A stretch of DNA of 39,975 nt, from positions 1 through 39,975 of the forward strand of contig JBBILZ010000021.1 in NCBI GenBank assembly GCA_037444665.1. The letters run 5' to 3'. The translations under genes and the position numbers were made by a program. The notes under the pieces are model-generated. The model searched no databases, was not told the origin of the DNA, and saw only the letters and a list, made by a program, of their open reading frames with translations. The stretch is from a candidate division WOR-3 bacterium. GTDB lineage: Bacteria > Hydrothermota > Tepidihabitantia > SM23-42 > JAOAFX01. This document shows, piece after piece, positions 1-9,891 of the stretch; position 1 is the stretch's first letter, and each line of letters starts with the position of its first letter.

Positions 1-150
1 ATCATAGAAGAAAATAGTTCATTTAAACACTTAAACAATTGTTTAATTATTTAACTGTTTAAATGTCCCTTAATGTATTTTTTAAGAGTTTTCATGCGGT
101 TCAGTTTTGCAATATGATGCCAACAGGAATGTTTATACAGAACATACATC

Positions 151-186
151 AATACGGCAATACGACAATTGTCGTATTGCCGTATT
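151..186. repeat. Perfect 36-bp palindrome
   Basis: AATACGGCAATACGACAATTGTCGTATTGCCGTATT equals its own reverse complement; built from CAATACG(G/A) units. Confidence 0.9.
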
Positions 187-226
187 CTCAAATTGGGTTA
201 GTTGAAAATAAAATTCAGAAAATATC

Positions 227-285
227 TATAGCGTTCGGATTCAGCCGGACGAAAACGAATCGTCCATTTGAAAATGGACGCTACA
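227..285. repeat. GTAG-family REP-like inverted pair (REPIN-like)
   Basis: TATAGCGTTCGG-ATTCAG-CCGGACG on +, and TGTAGCGTCCATTTTCAAATGGACG on - (261-285): (G/A)TAG followed by a hairpin, in inverted orientation. Confidence 0.5.
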
Positions 286-294
286 ACCTTCCCT

Positions 295-545
295 GACCAT
301 AAGACCATCAGACTATACAACTATCTCAATCATATAACCATCCAACTATCCAACCATGAACATAATCCTCGCTATCGCTCGGATAAATCCGAAATCCGAA
401 TATCTAAATCCGAAACAATACCCTAAATCCGAATGCCCCAAATTCCAATACTTAAAACTATCTTAACTAGCCAACCATAAAACCATCCAACCATCCAACT
501 ATCTTAACCATCTAACTATAAAACTATCTTAACCATCTAACGACT
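295..545. repeat. Degenerate octamer tandem repeats (AAC(C/T)ATC(C/T)) interrupted by an AAATCCG-type block (~385-447)
   Basis: Repeated AACCATCC/AACTATCT units at ~295-360 and ~456-545; AAATCCGAAATCCGAATATCTAAATCCGAAAC in between. Confidence 0.75.
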
Positions 546-2757
546 TCTGTATCTCTTCTGAATCCGGAATTATCTTTAGGACTTTTTGCAAAACCCTTCT
601 GGCATCTGTTTTATTGCCATGCTCAAGGCAGCTCTTTGCAAAATTTATCGCCTCGGTCTCAAGCTGGGACAGAATCTTGAATCGCATATTTACAGACCAA
701 TCATCAAAATTCTTTTTAAATGGCTCACCACGAAACAGTTTAAATGCCCGCAAATATTCTTTTCTGGCAAATCCCCATTCGCCTGCCCGCTCCAATGCCT
801 TTGCCTGTGCCAATTGAATTTCAAAATAGTTGTAATCGGTCCAGGTGTAAAAACCTTTATTTACCAAAAATTTTTTGTTCCCAATATTTTCAATGCTCAA
901 AAAATGGCTGGGTAGTTTAAGGGCATCTCGGGTCTGCACAAGTAAATGGTATAAACGGCCCAGAGGGTCACTGCTCCTTTGCCAAAAATTTTTGATGATA
1001 TCTTCTACTGGTATGGATTTACCCGGTTCACGGAGATTAAGGCCAAGATTTATCAAAAATGCATTCATCTGTGGATTTATTTTTATCTTTAGATATGAAT
1101 GATTTCTATAGATAATTGTAGGACCCAAAAATTTTAATTCATAAAAGGGAAAGTTTTTATTAAAGATTGGCAATTGAATTAGTGGTTTTGGGAGCATTAC
1201 ATCCTTGCCTTTGTCAAGGTGATACAAGATTAGTTCTGGCTGAAAAAATACGCAACGATGAAGATAACCAGTAAGTCCGTATTTTTGGGCATAACGCACT
1301 GCCTTTTGGTAATCTCCAATCTTTAAACTATTTTTTGCTTTTTTTAATAGATACAAAAGATAGATTGTGGGCAACTTGATTGGCTGATTATCTATTGAAT
1401 CAGGTGCTAACAAATTTTCCATTATCATGGTTTCTCTATTTAACCGGTATCTTTTTATCAATTTGAGATAACGATTTAAAAGTTCATAAGCCTTTTCTTT
1501 TTCTCCCATTGCCATATATATTGCTGCGTAGCAGCAGATTGTAGTAAATATTGTATTACGCAATTGCTCCTTCTCTGATTTTTCAAGGGTCTTCTGGAGA
1601 TACTCCATACACTGCTCAATCCTGCCCAGACCAAAATTAGAGAGTGCGTGGCAAAGGCAGTATGACTCATAGTATATTTCATTGGAATTTATCTTTGCAG
1701 ATTTTAAATAACTAATTGCTGTGCGATACCTTCCTGCCAGTGCCAGGTCAATGCCAATTTTAGTAAAAATTCTTTTTCTGTCATCGTTATTCTCATTCAT
1801 CTCCAGTGCCTTTTTGTGGTAAGTAAAAGAAGAAGAATAATCGCTTAAAAAACTCATTACATCTCCCATAGACTCATAGAAAAGTGGACTATGCAGATTC
1901 TTTAGTAGTCGCTGTGTTTTATGAATGAGTCTTTTTGCTCTATCCATTCTTACGAGTTCAATCTCCGCAGTTGCGGCAAGAAAGGTCAATAAAAAGTTTA
2001 ATACAGGGTCACGCAATCTGCCTTTTCTTTTATTTAATAATTCATTCAATCTTAATTCTTTTTCAGGTGTGCGCATCCAGTGCAGGGCAAGGATTTCAGA
2101 GAGTCCAGCAATGATTGAGGAATAAAATAAGCCATTTTTTCCCATCTGGCACCGAAGTCGGTGAATCTTCTTATAAAATTCTGGTGTGGGCATCTTTGAA
2201 AACTGGATGTATAACCTGTCAAATTTCCTTCTTAATGAGAGGAGATGTTCAGGAATCTTTAAAATAACATCGTCATTCCCTATGGGATAGGCAGGTAGGC
2301 TATTCAGTATCTCTGCCGCCCTTTTTAAGTTTTCCATAGATTCATCATTTTTTAATAAATACCGCACATAATCAAGGGTAGATTGGGTCTCCGGTGTCTC
2401 TTCACAGAAATGGCAAAAGGGGTCTTTTCTTAACCGCCTCACCAGATTATATCTATTCCAGACATCATAAATCCCTTTGATTGAAATTGTGATACCTTTT
2501 TGCTTGAGCAGTTCTTTTGCCTGACGGAGTGTGAGGTCAGGTTTATTTTCTTTTAAAAGCATAATTTGCGTTTCAATCTCTATGGGTAATCTATTCCAGG
2601 GACGGTGATAAAAGAGGCACTGATTATCTTTATGCTGCTTTAGCCATCTATAAATGGTGGATGGGTGAATATTAAAATTCTGGGCAACAATCTTAAAATT
2701 TTTGTGCTTCTGGTATTCTTCAATTACCCTGAGCCTGATTGATAATTCACTCTTCAT
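529..2757 (-). CDS. Large transcriptional regulator: N-terminal HTH, TPR repeats, C-terminal wHTH plus BTAD-like activator domain
   Basis: HTH 'VAQNFNIHPSTIYRWLK'; TPR-like helices; 'LKFLGPTIIYRN', 'DYNYFE...AFKLFRGEPF...FDDW' resemble SARP/BTAD. Start ATG 2757 or TTG 2763. Confidence 0.75.
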   Translation of the reverse strand: MKSELSIRLRVIEEYQKHKNFKIVAQNFNIHPSTIYRWLKQHKDNQCLFYHRPWNRLPIEIETQIMLLKENKPDLTLRQAKELLKQKGITISIKGIYDVWNRYNLVRRLRKDPFCHFCEETPETQSTLDYVRYLLKNDESMENLKRAAEILNSLPAYPIGNDDVILKIPEHLLSLRRKFDRLYIQFSKMPTPEFYKKIHRLRCQMGKNGLFYSSIIAGLSEILALHWMRTPEKELRLNELLNKRKGRLRDPVLNFLLTFLAATAEIELVRMDRAKRLIHKTQRLLKNLHSPLFYESMGDVMSFLSDYSSSFTYHKKALEMNENNDDRKRIFTKIGIDLALAGRYRTAISYLKSAKINSNEIYYESYCLCHALSNFGLGRIEQCMEYLQKTLEKSEKEQLRNTIFTTICCYAAIYMAMGEKEKAYELLNRYLKLIKRYRLNRETMIMENLLAPDSIDNQPIKLPTIYLLYLLKKAKNSLKIGDYQKAVRYAQKYGLTGYLHRCVFFQPELILYHLDKGKDVMLPKPLIQLPIFNKNFPFYELKFLGPTIIYRNHSYLKIKINPQMNAFLINLGLNLREPGKSIPVEDIIKNFWQRSSDPLGRLYHLLVQTRDALKLPSHFLSIENIGNKKFLVNKGFYTWTDYNYFEIQLAQAKALERAGEWGFARKEYLRAFKLFRGEPFKKNFDDWSVNMRFKILSQLETEAINFAKSCLEHGNKTDARRVLQKVLKIIPDSEEIQKSLDG

Positions 2758-2773
2758 TTGCAATCCGTGGAAA

Positions 2774-2802
2774 AATATAGCATAAAATTAACATTTTGTC
2801 AA
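2774..2802 (-). promoter_or_regulatory. sigma70-type promoter of the regulator
   Basis: TTGACA-N17-TATATT with extended -10 TG on the minus strand. Confidence 0.65.
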
Positions 2803-2829
2803 TACTGATATAAATTGGCTAAATTCTAT

Positions 2830-2839
2830 TGAAATTTCA
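2830..2839. promoter_or_regulatory. Palindrome TGAAATTTCA, candidate operator (copy 1)
   Basis: Same palindrome at nearly the same offset in the paralogous intergenic region (6752-6761). Confidence 0.4.
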
Positions 2840-2911
2840 GTATTTTTAGGGATATAATCAGTGATTATTATACATAAATTACAATATAATATTTAAAGAA
2901 AGAAGGTTGAG

Positions 2912-3394
2912 ATGGGATTTCAAGGGAGAACAATATTTATAATAGTGATGGTGGGTGTCCTCCTTACATTGAATGCGAACGCCACTACATACGGACCTTA
3001 TTATGTTGAGTGCGACACTGCATTATATAAAGACACAACATTTCATATTCCTCTTACTAATACGGCGGTTGTGCTTTTTGGCACAATCCACAATTTTGAG
3101 CAACTTGGAGGTTCCAACAGAAAGGTTACTTCAATTGATTTTGCATTAACGAATGGTTATAGTGGGATTACTTATGATTTTTTGATTGATAGCATATATG
3201 TCATTGTGGAAAGATATAATGCCGATTTAGGCGACTGGCGGACTTATAGTTTTTGTAAAATGAGATTGCAGCTCCTAAATGTTTATAATAAAACATGCCG
3301 TAAATTTAAAGTAGAACCTGATTATCCACATACTGATAATATTGGGCGCCAGCGTTACAGAATTAGTTTTACAATTTTTGGTACCTATGAATAA
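2912..3394 (+). CDS. Secreted hypothetical protein
   Basis: AAGG RBS; signal peptide ending ANA; no family recognised. Confidence 0.7.
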   Translation: MGFQGRTIFIIVMVGVLLTLNANATTYGPYYVECDTALYKDTTFHIPLTNTAVVLFGTIHNFEQLGGSNRKVTSIDFALTNGYSGITYDFLIDSIYVIVERYNADLGDWRTYSFCKMRLQLLNVYNKTCRKFKVEPDYPHTDNIGRQRYRISFTIFGTYE

Positions 3395-3481
3395 AAGAAA
3401 TAATAATCCTAATAATAAAATGCACAATTAAATTTGGAGAGAAATGGCTTATAATAGAGACATTCGAAAAGGGAGGAATAA

Positions 3482-5128
3482 ATGCATATAATTTTGACAT
3501 TTCTAATAGTATTCCAAGAAATCACAGACAGCATTTTAGATAAAAAATCGGAAGCGATGGAAGAACAAAAAATGATTGAAGTCATTGTTCATATGAAAAA
3601 TCAACCAGATCTAACAAAATGCCCTGCCACATTCTCAAAAAATGATAAAATAAATTATCTCAAAGAGTTCGTGCGCCTGGACCAGAAAAGCTTAATAGAT
3701 TATTTAGCTGATTTTGCGGAACAGATAGCAGAACTTCGTTCCTACTGGATTTTCAATGGTTTATACCTGAAGACTACAAAAGATGTTATCGACAAAATCG
3801 TCACTCGGAAAGATATCGCCTACATAACTTTTGACCATAAAATCAAATTAGACCAAGTTAGATTCTCTAAATTCAATCCGCTTAGAACATATGGTTATAA
3901 TATTCATATAATTAAAGCTGATTCATGCTGGCAAGAAGGTTATGATGGTTACGGCATAATTATTGGCAATATTGACTCGGGTGTTGATACTACGCATCCA
4001 GCATTAAGAGGTAAGTGGCTTCCTGGTGGTTGGTATGATGCTGTAAATGGACATCCAGGTCCTTATGATGACCATGGGCACGGTACTTTTACAATGGGTA
4101 TCATATGTGGCGGAGATGGTAATGGGCCCTTTATTGATGATATAGGCGTGGCACCCGGGGTAAAATTTATTGTTGCCAAAGCCTTTGATTCTCTCGGGAC
4201 TGCACCATATTCTGCTATTCATAGTTGTCTGCAATGGTTTGCTACTCAGAGTGCGAGAGTCATTAATAATCCTTACAATGAAGGAGAAACTACCTCCCTT
4301 GAGTTTTGGAATGATTGTCTGAATTTACGGAATTTGGGAATTTTTCTCGTTTTTAAGGGTGGTGCTATAAGCACCGGAGAAATGAGAACTCCGGGTAATT
4401 TTCCAACAGTAATTGGAATTGGTGCTACAGACAGTTTGGATGATATAACATGGTATTCGGGCCATGGTCCAGCACCCAATCAGAATCCTTGGAACGATCC
4501 TTTATATTGGTATCGACCTGACTGGAATTTATTAAAACCTGATATCGTTGCGCCTGGACAAAATATAAGATCTTCATGGCCAGGTGGTGGTTATGAATTT
4601 TCAAATGGAACATCCTGGGCAGCAGCACATGTTACTGGGGCTTGTGCAATTTTGCTCCAGAAAGATTCAACATTGACCCCATCAGATTTGTATAATACAT
4701 TGCTTGATAATGCTGATACTCCAACCCAGGGGGGGCCTTATCCAAATAATAATTATGGTTGGGGGCGACTAAATATCTACTCTGCATTGCATTCATTAGG
4801 CGTGAATGGAAAAAAGGCTGTTGAAAGACCTTGGTTTCAATTATTCATTTTTCCCAATCCTTTCTGTAAAAATCTTACAATTGAATTTAAACCTGGCGAG
4901 GAAACCAAGAAACAAGCATCAGCCGTCAGGTTAACGATTTACGATGCTTCTGGCAGAGTGGTGAGACTATGGGGCAATAAATTTGCCTTAGAGGGAATAA
5001 AGCAGGGTGGAAAAATCAGCTGGGATGGCACAGATAATTCAAAGAATAAATTGCCGGCGGGTGTCTATTTTGTTGAACTCTTTACGCATGGTGGAAAAAT
5101 ATTGAAAAAAGTTATTTTAGTCAAATAG
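3482..5128 (+). CDS. S8 (subtilisin) family peptidase with propeptide and T9SS/FlgD-like C-terminal domain
   Basis: IDSG, HGHGTF, GTSWA motifs; C-terminal PNPF...IYDASGRVV...WDG...LPAGVYF...KKVILVK; GGAGG RBS. Confidence 0.9.
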   Translation: MHIILTFLIVFQEITDSILDKKSEAMEEQKMIEVIVHMKNQPDLTKCPATFSKNDKINYLKEFVRLDQKSLIDYLADFAEQIAELRSYWIFNGLYLKTTKDVIDKIVTRKDIAYITFDHKIKLDQVRFSKFNPLRTYGYNIHIIKADSCWQEGYDGYGIIIGNIDSGVDTTHPALRGKWLPGGWYDAVNGHPGPYDDHGHGTFTMGIICGGDGNGPFIDDIGVAPGVKFIVAKAFDSLGTAPYSAIHSCLQWFATQSARVINNPYNEGETTSLEFWNDCLNLRNLGIFLVFKGGAISTGEMRTPGNFPTVIGIGATDSLDDITWYSGHGPAPNQNPWNDPLYWYRPDWNLLKPDIVAPGQNIRSSWPGGGYEFSNGTSWAAAHVTGACAILLQKDSTLTPSDLYNTLLDNADTPTQGGPYPNNNYGWGRLNIYSALHSLGVNGKKAVERPWFQLFIFPNPFCKNLTIEFKPGEETKKQASAVRLTIYDASGRVVRLWGNKFALEGIKQGGKISWDGTDNSKNKLPAGVYFVELFTHGGKILKKVILVK

Positions 5129-5141
5129 CAATAATTAATTT

Positions 5142-6626
5142 ATGAAAATCAAAAAAGATGTTATTCATTACGTAATACGGTGCCTGTTTCTTATCATAAC
5201 ATCATCCTTTGCCCAAGCACCTGATACACTATGGACGCGAACATATGGTGGCTATTATCAGGAATACGGATATTCAGTTAAACAAACTACTGATGGTGGT
5301 TTTATAACAGTTGGCAGTACAAAGACTTATGGCAATGGTGGCTACGATATCTGGTTATTGAAACTCAACGGAAACGGTGATACACTCTGGACAAAAACCT
5401 ATGGTGGACAATATGATGAAGTCGGTTATTCGGTTATAATAAATTCTGACGGTGATTATATAATTGCAGGTAGAAAAAATAATTATCCGTTGACTTACGA
5501 TGATTTCTGGCTGTTGAAAATAAATCCAAGTGGCGACACTATTTGGACACGAAGTTATGGTGGTAATCACAATGACTATGCGCGCTCAGTTCAACAAACT
5601 TCGGACGGAGGATATATAATTGCCGGCACTACCCGTTCTTTTGGTCAAGGTATTCCTGCTTATTCGAATATTTATCTCGTAAAAACAGATGCGAACGGTG
5701 ATACGATATGGACCAGAGTTTATGGAGAGGATGGACTCGTTGATGATGCTGCATATGCTGTTATACAAACATCTGATAATGGATTTCTCGTATGTGGCTA
5801 CACAGGAATTAGCACCCAATATGATATCTATCTTATAAGAACAGATGCTACTGGCAATATTATTTGGAAAAAAATATACGGAGGCACAGGTGAGGAAGTT
5901 GGCGCTTCAGTATTAGAAAACAATGGAGCATATGTTGTCGCAGGTTCTACAAATTCATACGGTCCACATCCGAGTAATTTTTATCTTCTAAAATTGGATA
6001 TGAATGGAGACACTATCTGGACAAAAGTATATGATGGTGGCAGTGATGACCACTGTCACTCCGTTAAAAAAACTTTTGATGGAGGGTATATAATGGTGGG
6101 CTTTACCTACCAATATGACAGTGATGTTTTTCTTATTAGAACCGATTCAATGGGTAATGCGATTTGGAGTAAAGTATACCCCCGGATAAACTACGGAGAT
6201 GAAGCCAACGAAATCCAATTAACCAGTGATGGTGGTTATATTATTGTAGGATATACATATTATTTTTACTCAAATTGGGCACGGGCATACGAGCAGCTTT
6301 ATCTTATGAGGATTGAACCGGAAACTGGCATTGAAGAATACGAGACATCCGATGAATTTATGCCGCTTTCTGCTATCCGCATAATTCCTAATCCCTTTAT
6401 AAAAAATGTGATTTTTGAATATTACTTACCTAATGTGACATTAGTTAACATAGGGGTTTATAATATTTCTGGTCAAAAGGTAGCAGAGATAATTAATAGA
6501 ATTGAACAAGAAGGTTTGCACAGGTTGTTTTGGGATGGTTTTGATAGTCACCATAATGAACTCCCTGCCGGTGTATATTTTGTTGAATTCAATGGTTTAT
6601 TACAAAAAATAATAAAGTTAAAATAA
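5142..6626 (+). CDS. Secreted beta-propeller repeat protein with T9SS/FlgD-like C-terminal domain
   Basis: About 7 repeats of GDTxWT(R/K)xYGG...QTxDGGYIIxG; signal peptide; PNPF...LPAGVYF tail. Confidence 0.85.
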   Translation: MKIKKDVIHYVIRCLFLIITSSFAQAPDTLWTRTYGGYYQEYGYSVKQTTDGGFITVGSTKTYGNGGYDIWLLKLNGNGDTLWTKTYGGQYDEVGYSVIINSDGDYIIAGRKNNYPLTYDDFWLLKINPSGDTIWTRSYGGNHNDYARSVQQTSDGGYIIAGTTRSFGQGIPAYSNIYLVKTDANGDTIWTRVYGEDGLVDDAAYAVIQTSDNGFLVCGYTGISTQYDIYLIRTDATGNIIWKKIYGGTGEEVGASVLENNGAYVVAGSTNSYGPHPSNFYLLKLDMNGDTIWTKVYDGGSDDHCHSVKKTFDGGYIMVGFTYQYDSDVFLIRTDSMGNAIWSKVYPRINYGDEANEIQLTSDGGYIIVGYTYYFYSNWARAYEQLYLMRIEPETGIEEYETSDEFMPLSAIRIIPNPFIKNVIFEYYLPNVTLVNIGVYNISGQKVAEIINRIEQEGLHRLFWDGFDSHHNELPAGVYFVEFNGLLQKIIKLK

Positions 6627-6678
6627 AGGGTATTTATATAGAAGAATTCTCCGTAAGTATGGATTTTTAGGGTATGCT

Positions 6679-6727
6679 ATTTGCAATCCGTGGAAAAATA
6701 TAGCATAAAATTAACATTTTGTCAATA
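6679..6727. repeat. Exact 49-bp copy of 2756-2804 (orphan copy of the regulator promoter)
   Basis: ATTTGCAATCCGTGGAAAAATATAGCATAAAATTAACATTTTGTCAATA is identical at both loci. Confidence 0.95.
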
Positions 6728-6837
6728 GCAATAAATAATGGTTATAATCAATGAAATTTCATGGAATTTTAGTGCATAATTATACTGATATATAGCATAA
6801 TTTTTATTATAATATATATGTTGAAAGGAGGTATGCT

Positions 6838-9699
6838 ATGTGGTCAGTCTTAGGTCTTGTTGCGGTTCTGGCATCGCCCCAGATTCAGGGAAAGTTCACT
6901 GATGAACTTACACAACAACTGATAAAGGCAAAGCCAGACCAGAAGGTCACCTGTATTGTGATGATGAAAGAGACTTATCCATACGCAGAGATGGAGTCCT
7001 ATCCCATAAAGGAGCGGATCAGGACATACCAACGAATAGCACAGCAGTCTCAAAGACCCCTTATTGAATGGCTGAGCATAAGGGTGCAGGATGCAAAGAT
7101 AAAAGGTCAATTCTGGGTGATGAATTGTGTTGTCTTAGAGGCAAAGCCATCTATCATCATGGATATAGCCCAACGCGAAGATGTTGCCTGGATTTCCCAT
7201 AATGGTGAAGTTCATATCATTGCCGAGCCTGACAATACGAATGCGCCAACTTCGCGAGCATTTATCTGGAATCTTCGGCGCATTATGGCTGACTCCTGTT
7301 GGGCTGCAGGTTTTACTGGATAGAATATTATTATTGGCGAGACCGATACTGGTGTTGATTACACCCATCCAGTATTACAGGGAAAATGGGCGGGTTACTG
7401 GAAGGTTGCTGATGGTTTACCACCTTCTACGACGCCTTATGATGACCATGGCCATGGCACACATTGTATGGGCACGATATTGGGTGGTGATGGACCTGGT
7501 TCAATGCCAGATAGTATGGATGTGGGTGTAGCACCAGGTGCAAAATTTGTTGCCGCAAAGGTGCTCAATTCCGGAGGCTCGGGGTCTTATGACCAATGTC
7601 TGCAAGGACTCCAGTATATGGCGGATTTAAAAGATTCTGTTGATATCAAGGCAGTCTCAAATTCCTGGGGTGGGTCAAATGGCGCAGATACATTCTTCTA
7701 TCCGATAATGCGCACCTATAAATCCATTGACATCCTTCCGGTCTTTGCAAATGGTAATAGTGGGCCGAATCCTAACACAGTGGGCTGTCCAGGGAGTTAT
7801 TCCAATGTCCTGGGTGTTGGTGCGACGACTCCTGATGATACTGCAGCCAGTTTTTCTTCACGGGGTCCAGCACCAAACCAACCACCATTTAATGACCCTT
7901 CTACCTGGTTCCGTTCTGACTGGAACTTAACAAAGCCCCAAATCTCTGCTCCTGGCACCCAGATTCGTTCCTGTCTTCCCAATAATGGTTGGGGAACCTG
8001 GCAGGGAACATCCATGGCAACCCCTCATGTTGCGGGTGCGGTTGCGATTCTTTGTAGTAAGAATCCAACACTGACACCAACCCAGTTGTATAATATTCTC
8101 CTTGATAATGTTGATAGACTGAGTGGTGTTACCTATCCTAATAATACCTATGGCTGGGGAAGATTGAATGTCTGGACATCTTTACAAAATACACCCACTG
8201 TGAACCAACCCTGGCTTATGATAATAAATTATGCAATCACTGACCCACCACCAGGTGGCAATGGCAATGGCAGGGTTGACCCTGGTGAGACAGCGAGGAT
8301 GACGATAACAATTAAGAATGTCGGAGGCGTAATGGGATATAATTGCACCGGAATATTGAATTCATTTGATAATTATGTCACGGTGACCAATGGCACCCAT
8401 AACTTTGGCAATCTTGCATCCCAGGCCGAGGCTTCAAATAGCAGTAATCCATTCGTGTTCAGTGCACATAATCTCACACCCCAGGGTCATATTGCAAGCA
8501 TCGGTGTTGTGCTCAGTGCCAGTGGTGGTTCTAACCCCAACTTTATAGATACTGTCTTTTATTCTATCCAGATTGGTACACCTCCCGCACCTTATACAAT
8601 TTACGAAGATGATTTTGAGTATGGGAGTGGCATTGACAGTTTCCTGTATTACTGGGATAAGACCGGCAACTGGAACTGGTCTACAACCCAATCCCATTCA
8701 CCAACGCATTCAGCATATAGTGGCACTGTTTCCAATACGATAATGGCCCTAACTTTGAAAAATAGTATTAATCTCACCCCATTCACAAATCCCCGATTAA
8801 ACTTCTGGCATAAGTATCGCTTTGACCAGGGAATATTCCTGGATAGTGCGGTCATCTCAATCTCAACGAACGGTGGCACTACCTGGCAGAGGTTGTGGAA
8901 ATACGACTGGATGACCGGTGATACAATTCCCTGGAAAGAAGAAGATATTTCTCTGAGTTCTTATATAAGTAGTAATGTCAAAATCCGATTTGCAGTGGAT
9001 GCCTATACATTCTTTAATGATTATGCGGACTGGTGGATTGATGATTTTAAGATTACGGTTCCGACCGATAACGAGCCACCATATTTTACCAATACTACAG
9101 ATTGGCAAGATACAAGTTATACTGGACCATTCCCGGTGCAATCAACGATCACTGACGCCAGTGGTGTGGATTCAGCATACCTCTATTACCGGATAAATAC
9201 TGGTGCCTGGCAGAGGTTGGTAATGCAGCATCAGGGTAGTAATATTTACAGTGCAACGATTCCTTCCCAGCCCTTATACACCACTGTTGATTATTATCTC
9301 TGGGCAAGGGATAAGTGGATAACACCGAATTCAGGTTGTGACCCGGTTGGTGCACCCCAGGATGGTTATTATTCATTCATTATCCGACCAGTGGGCGTGG
9401 TAGAGGAACTGGATATTGTAAAGCCGTTCAGTTTTGCAGTGCGCTCTCCAAATCCATTAAGAGGACAATTGAAGATGGCATTCAATCTGCCTGTTACTAC
9501 AAAGGTAAGGTTACAGGTCTTTGATATCCTTGGCAGGTGTATAAAGGTGCTTGCTGATGGTGAGATGGATGCGGGTCATTATGAGGTTATCTGGAGTGGT
9601 AAAGATGAGAGTGGCAGAATCGCTGCAGATGGTGTCTATTTCTTAAAATTCTCAGCAGGCGATTATGTTCTATTGAAGAAGATTGTATTAATAAGATAG
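6838..9699 (+). pseudogene. S8 peptidase with propeptide, extra C-terminal domains and T9SS/FlgD-like tail, interrupted by one in-frame TAG (7321-7323)
   Basis: ORFs 6838..7323 and 7468..9699 share a frame; reading through gives GFTG*NIIIGETDTG...HGHGTHCMG...FANGNSG...GTSMATPHV; GGAGG RBS at 6827-6831. Confidence 0.85.
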
Positions 9700-9733
9700 T
9701 TTGGACATTAGAGAATCCCCCTTTCAATGACAA

Positions 9734-9768
9734 ATCTCAGGAGGATGGCAAATCCATCCTCCTGAGAT
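9734..9768 (+). terminator. Strong hairpin, probable intrinsic terminator
   Basis: ATCTCAGGAGGATGG-CAAAT-CCATCCTCCTGAGAT, 15-bp perfect stem after the protease stop; weak U-tail. Confidence 0.6.
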
Positions 9769-9848
9769 ACTTTACTGAGGAAGACCTTAATCGGGGTTTG
9801 AGTCTTCAGAGGGATTTACAAATGAACTAAATGATACAAACTCATCCC

Positions 9849-9876
9849 TTGACTTTACAAGTATCACTGATATAAT
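9849..9876 (+). promoter_or_regulatory. sigma70-type promoter
   Basis: TTGACT-N16-TATAAT. Confidence 0.7.
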
Positions 9877-9891
9877 AAATCAGAGGTGGAG

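Noticed and set aside
107..123. sigma54 promoter on the minus strand (TGGCATCATATTGCA)
   Set aside because: GG-to-GC spacing is 9 nt rather than the required 10.
63..296. 77-aa ORF
   Set aside because: Runs through palindromes and a REP-like element; no RBS or recognisable motif.
295..545. CRISPR array
   Set aside because: Degenerate 7-8-nt tandem units without unique spacers; no cas genes in the window.
529..2757. Active IS transposase
   Set aside because: Only the HTH region is transposase-like; no DDE domain or terminal inverted repeats.
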